The position numbers and the translations under genes are program-made. The notes beneath the pieces were generated by a model. The model searched no databases. It worked only from the letters and a program-made list of their open reading frames with translations, and was not told the DNA's origin. Shown here in pieces: positions 26,535 through 32,000 of a stretch of DNA of 32,000 nt. This DNA is from Archaeoglobi archaeon JdFR-42 (lineage in GTDB: Archaea; Halobacteriota; Archaeoglobi; Archaeoglobales; JdFR-42). Within the stretch, counting starts at the first letter, position 1. Each line of letters begins with the position of its first letter. Location: NCBI GenBank assembly GCA_002010305.1, contig MTND01000027.1, forward strand, positions 14,470 to 46,469. The letters run 5' to 3'.

Positions 26535-27032
26535 TCACTTTTTCTTCTCAACTATCTTTGGCCCACGGATCATGGCCACTTTCCCAGTTCTGACCATCTC
26601 TTTTATACCAAACTGTCTCAAAAGGTTAGTGAGAGCATTAATTTTATCCTCATCTCCAGTTACCTCTATTATCATGCTTTTGGGGGATACATCTACAATT
26701 CTAGCTCTAAATATGTCCACAATGAGCATAATTTCGCTTCTATTCTCAGGTTCAGCTTTAACTTTGATAAGGGCTAGCTCTCTTTCCACGGTTTCTACAG
26801 GCTTAAGATCACTCACCTTGATAACGTCAATAAGCTTATTCAACTGTTTTGTTACTTGTTCCAGAACATGCTCATCACCTTCAACCACGATAGTCATTCT
26901 GGAGATGTATTCATTGTCAGTAACTCCTACTGTAAGACTATCAATATTATACCCTCTCCTGCTGAAGAGTCCTGCAACTCTTGCCAGAACTCCTGGCTTA
27001 TTTTCTACCAATACAGCCAATGTATGCCTCAT
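26535..27032 (-). CDS. ilvH: Acetolactate synthase small (regulatory) subunit, ACT domain
   Basis: [35 protein letters not shown] is the canonical N-terminus. The start at ATG 27032 lies 4 nt after the ilvB stop, with GGTGA upstream. The track's upstream extension (27033..27104) overlaps ilvB and is rejected. Confidence 0.88.
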   Translation of the reverse strand: MRHTLAVLVENKPGVLARVAGLFSRRGYNIDSLTVGVTDNEYISRMTIVVEGDEHVLEQVTKQLNKLIDVIKVSDLKPVETVERELALIKVKAEPENRSEIMLIVDIFRARIVDVSPKSMIIEVTGDEDKINALTNLLRQFGIKEMVRTGKVAMIRGPKIVEKKK

Positions 27033-27036
27033 TTTT

Positions 27037-28725
27037 TCACCCCAGCATTTCGTTAATGGCAGCTCCAGCGGGCACCATGGGAAAAACATTCTCCTCCCGT
27101 GCAATTTTGAAATCCACCACTACAGGCCCATCATCTATTTTTAGAGCCTCTTTTATGGTCTCCTCTACCTCGCTTGGTTTTGTAACTTCAAAGCCTGTCC
27201 CACCAAAAGCTTCAGCGATTCTGGCGAACTCCATCCCCTTGCACCTCAGGCACACATTAGAGTATCGTTTGTTAAAGAATAACTCCTGCCACTGTCTAAC
27301 CATTCCAAGAAACTGGTTGTTCAGAATAAATACTTTAACCCCGATTTCAAAGTCCACAGCAGTTGCCAGTTCTTGGATGTTCATTAGAAAGCTCCCATCT
27401 CCAGCAAAATCTATAACAGTTTTATCTGGAACTCCAACTTTCGCTCCTATTGCTGCTGGGAATCCAAATCCCATAGTTCCGAGACCCCCAGAGGTAATAA
27501 GCTGCCGGGGGTATTTGAATTTAAAATACTGTGCCACCCACATTTGATTCTGACCGACTTCTGTTGTTATAACTGCATCAGGAGCTATTTCACTGGTTTT
27601 TTCGATTATGTATTGTGGCTTGAGGGTAGACGTGCTTTTTTCATAAGTAAGCTTGTACTCCCTCTTCCACCTCTGAATCTTATCCTCCCATTCTTTTCTG
27701 GCTTTGGACTTTACAAGCTTGATTAGATCTTTTAACACAACTTTTGCATCTCCTACAATTGGGACATCTACTCTGACATTCTTGCCTATTTCAGCAGGAT
27801 CAATATCGATATGAATGATTTTTGCATTAGGAGCAAAGCTTTCCAATTTACCTGTGGCTCGATCGTCAAATCTCACACCAATAGAGATTAGGAGATCACA
27901 TTCAGTGACGGCATAGTTTGCATATTTAGTTCCATGCATCCCGATCATGCCGAGAGTCAAAGGGTGATTTGCTGGAATTGTTCCAAGACCCATGAGGGTC
28001 ATCACGACAGGAGCTGGAATCAGTTCAGCCAGAGTAACCACTTCATTGTGGGCTCCAGAGGATATTACTCCTCCACCTGCAAATATAACTGGTCTTTCGG
28101 CTGTGGCAATAAGTTCACTTGCTCTGTGTATCTGTTTCGGATGTCCCCTGATAGTTGGTTTGTATCCTGGTAGTTCCACTTTTTTTGGGGGATTATATTC
28201 CAGCATCTCTGTAGTGACATCCTTAGGAAGATCAATAAGGACAGGACCTTTTCTACCAGTAGATGCTATGTAAAAGGCCTCTTTTATAATTCGTGGTATC
28301 TCTTCGGCAGTTTTTACCAAGTAGTTATGTTTGGTTATGGGTATTGTAATTCCTGTGATGTCTGCTTCCTGAAAAGCATCATTACCGATCATGTTTCGAG
28401 GTACCTGACCAGTAAGAGCCACTATGGATGAGGAATCCATATAGGCATTGGCGATTCCTGTTACCAAATTTGTTGCTCCAGGTCCAGATGTAGCTATACA
28501 CACTCCCACTTTTCCAGTGGCTCTAGCATATCCATCAGCTGCATGGGCAGCAGCCTGCTCATGTTTGGTAAGTATTTGTTGAATATCTGAATCATATAGC
28601 TCATCATACAAGGGTAGTACTGCACCACCTGGAATTCCAAAAATGGTTTTAACACCCTCCTTTTCCAGAGATCTAATAATCGCTTCAGTGCCAGTTATAA
28701 GCTCTATTTCTTTCAAAATAATCAC
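27037..28725 (-). CDS. ilvB: Acetolactate synthase large subunit (ThDP-dependent)
   Basis: [25 protein letters not shown], and the ThDP motif [14 protein letters not shown]...N. The GTG start overlaps the cimA stop (GTGA). Confidence 0.92.
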   Translation of the reverse strand: MIILKEIELITGTEAIIRSLEKEGVKTIFGIPGGAVLPLYDELYDSDIQQILTKHEQAAAHAADGYARATGKVGVCIATSGPGATNLVTGIANAYMDSSSIVALTGQVPRNMIGNDAFQEADITGITIPITKHNYLVKTAEEIPRIIKEAFYIASTGRKGPVLIDLPKDVTTEMLEYNPPKKVELPGYKPTIRGHPKQIHRASELIATAERPVIFAGGGVISSGAHNEVVTLAELIPAPVVMTLMGLGTIPANHPLTLGMIGMHGTKYANYAVTECDLLISIGVRFDDRATGKLESFAPNAKIIHIDIDPAEIGKNVRVDVPIVGDAKVVLKDLIKLVKSKARKEWEDKIQRWKREYKLTYEKSTSTLKPQYIIEKTSEIAPDAVITTEVGQNQMWVAQYFKFKYPRQLITSGGLGTMGFGFPAAIGAKVGVPDKTVIDFAGDGSFLMNIQELATAVDFEIGVKVFILNNQFLGMVRQWQELFFNKRYSNVCLRCKGMEFARIAEAFGGTGFEVTKPSEVEETIKEALKIDDGPVVVDFKIAREENVFPMVPAGAAINEMLG

Positions 28726-30209
28726 CCAATGAGCCGATTTATTCCTTCAACTACAGCTTCGACAGATGCCATAATTATATCTGTTCTAGCCCCACGAGAT
28801 GTTATAAGTTTATCTCCTTTACTGAGTTTGACAACGACTTCTACTAGGGCATCTGTACCTCCAGTAATGGAGTCTACATGATATTCTTCCAGAGTGACAT
28901 CAGCGATATTTTTAATACCTTTTTTGATGGCATTAATTGCCGCATCTACCGGACCTAGACCAACTCCCGCCTCTATTACTTCTTTTCCATCGATTTTTAA
29001 CTTAACTGAGGCGGTAGGCATGAGGTTTTTACCAGACACTACGTTCAGATCAATCAATTCAACTCTTCTTTCTTTCTTTATTTCCAGAACCGTTTCTGCA
29101 ATAGCCTGAACATCGGCATCTGTCAGTCTCTTTCCTTTATCTCCAATTTCTTTAATTCTAGAAAGTATATCCTTCATTTGATCTGGAGTCGCTCTATAAC
29201 CCAGTTCTTTCAGAATAGCCTCAACAGAAGCCCTTCCTGCGTGTTTACCCAAAACAAGCCGTCTCTTTCGCCCAACTATTTCGGGAGTTATGGGTTCATA
29301 TGTAGTGGTATCCCTCATTATTGCGTGGGTATGGATTCCTGACTCATGAGTGAATGCATTATCTCCCACGATGGCTTTGTTTGGTGCGACCAAGACACCT
29401 GTAAGTTTTGAAACCAATTTTGACACGTTGTATAAATACTGTTTATTAATTCCTGTTGAATATCCGTACAGTATTTCAGAAGCCATAACAATCTCTTCAA
29501 GAGAAGCGTTACCTGCCCTTTCACCTATCCCGTTTATGGTAGCATGGACCTGCTCAGCACCTCCTTTAATGGCAAACACAGAATTAATAGTGGCAAGCCC
29601 GAAGTCGTCATGGCAATGGATAGAGGTTTCTATTCCAAGTTCTTCATCAAAAGTTTTAAAAATTTCAAATGTCTTTTCAGGGGTTAATACTCCCACCGTG
29701 TCACAATAACAGACCCTGCTTGCTCCGGCTTCTTCAGCTGCTTTGAAAAGCCTTCTGACATAATCAAAATCAGCTCTTGATGCATCTTCAGCTCCAAACT
29801 CGACTGTAAGCCCATGATCTCGAGCATATTCAACGGTCTCAATTCCCTGCTGTAATACCTCTTCTCTACTCTTTTTAAATTTGCTGGATATGTGAATATC
29901 AGAAGAAGGACACACTATAAATACAGAATCCACTCCACAGTTCATTGCAACGTTTATGTCACTCTGTAGAATTCTGGCAAAACTACATATCTCTGCTTTG
30001 AACCCCCTTTCCGCAATTTCTTTAATGGCTTCTTGTTCTCCTTTTGATGTTATGGCTGACCCAGCCTCGATCACATCAACATTCAACTTATCCAGAGCCT
30101 CAGCTATCAGGATTTTCTGTTCAACGCTCAATGATACGCCTGGTGTTTGTTCTCCATCTCTGAGAGTTGTATCAAATACTTTAAAGCCTTTCAAGCCCTC
30201 ATCTCCCAT
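28722..30209 (-). CDS. cimA: (R)-citramalate synthase / 2-isopropylmalate synthase family, CimA-like
   Basis: [27 protein letters not shown] (the CimA-type variant; LeuA typically has AGFP..S), [39 protein letters not shown], and a C-terminal LeuA-dimer regulatory domain. I place the start at ATG 30209 ([15 protein letters not shown]), not the track's 30284. Confidence 0.85.
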   Translation of the reverse strand: MGDEGLKGFKVFDTTLRDGEQTPGVSLSVEQKILIAEALDKLNVDVIEAGSAITSKGEQEAIKEIAERGFKAEICSFARILQSDINVAMNCGVDSVFIVCPSSDIHISSKFKKSREEVLQQGIETVEYARDHGLTVEFGAEDASRADFDYVRRLFKAAEEAGASRVCYCDTVGVLTPEKTFEIFKTFDEELGIETSIHCHDDFGLATINSVFAIKGGAEQVHATINGIGERAGNASLEEIVMASEILYGYSTGINKQYLYNVSKLVSKLTGVLVAPNKAIVGDNAFTHESGIHTHAIMRDTTTYEPITPEIVGRKRRLVLGKHAGRASVEAILKELGYRATPDQMKDILSRIKEIGDKGKRLTDADVQAIAETVLEIKKERRVELIDLNVVSGKNLMPTASVKLKIDGKEVIEAGVGLGPVDAAINAIKKGIKNIADVTLEEYHVDSITGGTDALVEVVVKLSKGDKLITSRGARTDIIMASVEAVVEGINRLIG

Positions 30210-30231
30210 TTTACCAGCATTAAATAACATG

Positions 30232-30247
30232 TATATATTAAATTTTT
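30232..30247 (-). promoter_or_regulatory. TATA-like box upstream of cimA
   Basis: The minus strand reads AAAAATTTAATATATA, centred about 30 nt upstream of ATG 30209. This suggests a leaderless or very short-leader operon mRNA and argues against the longer ORF start. Confidence 0.45.
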
Positions 30248-30350
30248 GGTGTAAGCCTTGAAATGAAAAAACCGACACATTCACGAATTTGAGGGATACT
30301 CTGATTATGGATTCGAAAAGTTTATTATGAGTTAGTGTTATAGACTCTCC

Positions 30351-30420
30351 GGGTGTGCCTGTTGGAAATTTATTATGACATTGGTCCCGTCGTCGCTACC
30401 ATCTTTTTTATGGCACACCC
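30351..30420. repeat. GC-rich 9-bp perfect inverted repeat with 52-nt spacer in the cimA/cooC divergent intergenic region
   Basis: GGGTGTGCC (30351..30359) and GGCACACCC (30412..30420). Confidence 0.6.
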
Positions 30421-30442
30421 TTTACCAATGAGGCGTTAAAAA

Positions 30443-31204
30443 ATGTCTTTGAAGGTAGCAGTATCCGGGAAAGGAGGAGTTGGAAAAACAACTCTCGTCT
30501 CTATGCTGGCATATATGTTTTCTAAGAGAGGCAAGTCTGTGATTTCAATTGATGGAGATCCAGATATGAATCTTCACAATACCCTTGGCATAAAAGAGAT
30601 TCCACCTCCAATTTCTGAGTTGAGAGAAGTTATTGAAGAAAGGGTGAATCTTGGCAGGGGGATGTTTAGATTAAACCCTAGAGTGGACGATATTCTGAAG
30701 GATTATTCAGCAATAAACGAAGAAGGGATACGCCTTGTAGTGCTAGGAACAATTGAGAAGGGAGGAGAAGGGTGTTTTTGTCCGGCGAGTGCATTTTTGA
30801 AAGCAGTTTTACGTCAGGCTATATTTAGGGAGAATGATCTCGTGTTGTTAGATCTAGATGCTGGAATCGAACATCTAGGCCGAGGAACTGCAAAGGGTGT
30901 TGATTTGCTTATAGTCGTTGTAGAGCCTGGAGCCAGATCCTTGGATACTCTAATCAGAATTTCTAAGTTGAGTTCAGATATAGGTATATCCAGAATAGGG
31001 GTAGTTGTAAATAAATATGTTGAAACCGACAGAATGAAAACTCTTCTGGAAAATATTGAATTTCCAGTCCTTGGGGTGATCCCTTTTGATAGATGTTTTA
31101 TGGAAGCTGATATGGCAAATATACCTCCATACCGGATGGAATGCGTTCCAATGAAGCCTTTTGAAGATATTCTTATGAATGTTATAGATATTGTCGGTGA
31201 ATAA
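30443..31204 (+). CDS. cooC: CooC/AcsF-type nickel-insertion ATPase (MinD/ParA family)
   Basis: Deviant Walker A SGKGGVGKTT, the CxC metal motif GEGCFCP characteristic of CooC, and Walker B-like LVLLDLDAGIEH. Confidence 0.85.
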   Translation: MSLKVAVSGKGGVGKTTLVSMLAYMFSKRGKSVISIDGDPDMNLHNTLGIKEIPPPISELREVIEERVNLGRGMFRLNPRVDDILKDYSAINEEGIRLVVLGTIEKGGEGCFCPASAFLKAVLRQAIFRENDLVLLDLDAGIEHLGRGTAKGVDLLIVVVEPGARSLDTLIRISKLSSDIGISRIGVVVNKYVETDRMKTLLENIEFPVLGVIPFDRCFMEADMANIPPYRMECVPMKPFEDILMNVIDIVGE

Positions 31205-31206
31205 GA

Positions 31207-31887
31207 TTGTCCAAAAAGAAGATCAAAATAGGTATTATTCAGAGGGGGAAATACGGTAAAAGGGCTGAAAAAAGACTTAGGAAGGCAGGATTTATAGTAA
31301 TATCCTATGAGATCCCTGAAAAGATACCAGTGTTGATTGATGATATTGAAGATATCTCTATCCCTCCCTCTATTTTTGATGTTGATATCCTTCTCAGTTA
31401 TGCTTTGCATCCAGATATAAACGCCGCTATTATAGAAAAAGCAGAGAAATTAAAACCTTGGATAATTATTCCAGGGGGTGCAAAAGCCGGTTCCAGAATT
31501 CAACTGAGAAAACTGGCAAAGAAAAAGAACGTTAATCTCATTCTTGAAGATATTTGTTGTTCCACTCCAAAAATCGATGATCCGCGTGTAAAAGAGTTTT
31601 TTGAAAATTTTGGCAGTCCTGAATTTGAGGTAATTGTTAGAAATGGTGTAGTTAAAGATGTCATAGTTAAACGAGAAACTCTTTGTGGTTCGGCTAGGTT
31701 TATTGCTGAAAAACTTAAAGGTACGAAGTTAGAAGAAGCTAGCACGAAAGCGGGTTTTTTAGCTCAAATAAACCCATGTTGGGCATCCAGAGGAATGGAT
31801 GGAAAAATCCATGTGTCAGCATCCCTTCATAAGAAGGCCATGGAAAAGGCCATCAACAAAGCTATGGACTCAAAGGGAAAGTTTTAA
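31207..31887 (+). CDS. DUF166-like archaeal protein of unknown function
   Basis: TTG start 2 nt after the cooC stop. An N-terminal Rossmann-like KIGIIQRGKYGKR and conserved-looking Cys residues (ICCSTP, LCGS, NPCW). The family assignment is from memory and unverified. Confidence 0.45.
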   Translation: MSKKKIKIGIIQRGKYGKRAEKRLRKAGFIVISYEIPEKIPVLIDDIEDISIPPSIFDVDILLSYALHPDINAAIIEKAEKLKPWIIIPGGAKAGSRIQLRKLAKKKNVNLILEDICCSTPKIDDPRVKEFFENFGSPEFEVIVRNGVVKDVIVKRETLCGSARFIAEKLKGTKLEEASTKAGFLAQINPCWASRGMDGKIHVSASLHKKAMEKAINKAMDSKGKF

Positions 31888-32000
31888 CTATCGTAGCTCC
31901 TGTATTACCTCTGGATGGGAAAAGAAGAAATGCGATGGATATATGAACTTATTGTTGAAAAGATCCCTCCATTTTCCCTCCTTCCTAAGGTATATGTTAC

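Noticed and set aside
27033-27104. N-terminal extension of ilvH ([24 protein letters not shown])
   Set aside because: It overlaps the ilvB C-terminus, and the canonical ACT-domain N-terminus starts at [11 protein letters not shown] with its own RBS.
26572-27547. Plus-strand ORFs 26572-27144, 26856-27056 and 26981-27547
   Set aside because: They are antisense to ilvH/ilvB, S/T/L-rich and without motifs. The sense genes have unambiguous family signatures.
29318-30261. ORFs 29318-29524 (-), 29350-29709 (+) and 29956-30261 (+) within cimA
   Set aside because: They are alternative-frame or antisense shadows inside a gene with strong family motifs.
30210-30284. N-terminal extension of cimA (MNVSVFSFQGLHQKFNIYMLFNAGK)
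   Set aside because: It contains the TATA-like box itself (30232-30247). Family members start just before [10 protein letters not shown].
30814-31410. 198-aa minus-strand ORF
   Set aside because: It is antisense to cooC and the DUF166-like gene, with a low-complexity translation and no motifs.
31930-32000. Partial plus-strand ORF (MRWIYELIVEKIPPFSLLPKVYV...) at the right edge
   Set aside because: Only 23 codons are visible, too short to tell a gene from chance, and no motif is present.

Overview
AT-biased, densely coding archaeal chromosomal segment with genes on both strands. Left end: the double-strand-break repair operon mre11-rad50-nurA on the minus strand, with nurA running off the window. 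Next come two left-handed-beta-helix (gamma-carbonic-anhydrase-like) paralogs flanking a LUD-domain/4Fe-4S protein, an EamA transporter, a TtuA/NcsA-type tRNA thiolase, a Rio2 kinase and a DUF460-like RNase-H-fold/coiled-coil protein. Centre: a selenocysteine (Sec) decoding cluster. It holds selD (minus strand), an unknown polytopic membrane protein, tRNA-Arg(CCG), a second EamA transporter, and one 706-codon ORF that fuses an O-phosphoseryl-tRNA(Sec) kinase (PSTK) module directly to an archaeal SelB/EFSec GTPase. An overlapping SepSecS gene follows, then MFS-HD-MFS genes. Right part: truD and pth2, two small unknown proteins, and a 767-bp gene-free island with nearly pure A/T arms, a stop-interrupted ORF remnant and several short repeat families. 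After that come an ADP-ribosylglycohydrolase, a cimA-ilvB-ilvH(-trxB) operon, and cooC plus a DUF166-like gene. I recognised no CRISPR array, rRNA, intact transposase or integrase. The most notable observation is the PSTK-SelB fusion, translationally coupled to SepSecS. It joins the first tRNA(Sec)-specific step and the delivery step of Sec incorporation in one polypeptide. I found no tRNA-Sec, SECIS-like hairpin or TGA-interrupted selenoprotein gene in this window. All functional calls rest on motif recognition by eye; no database search was run.
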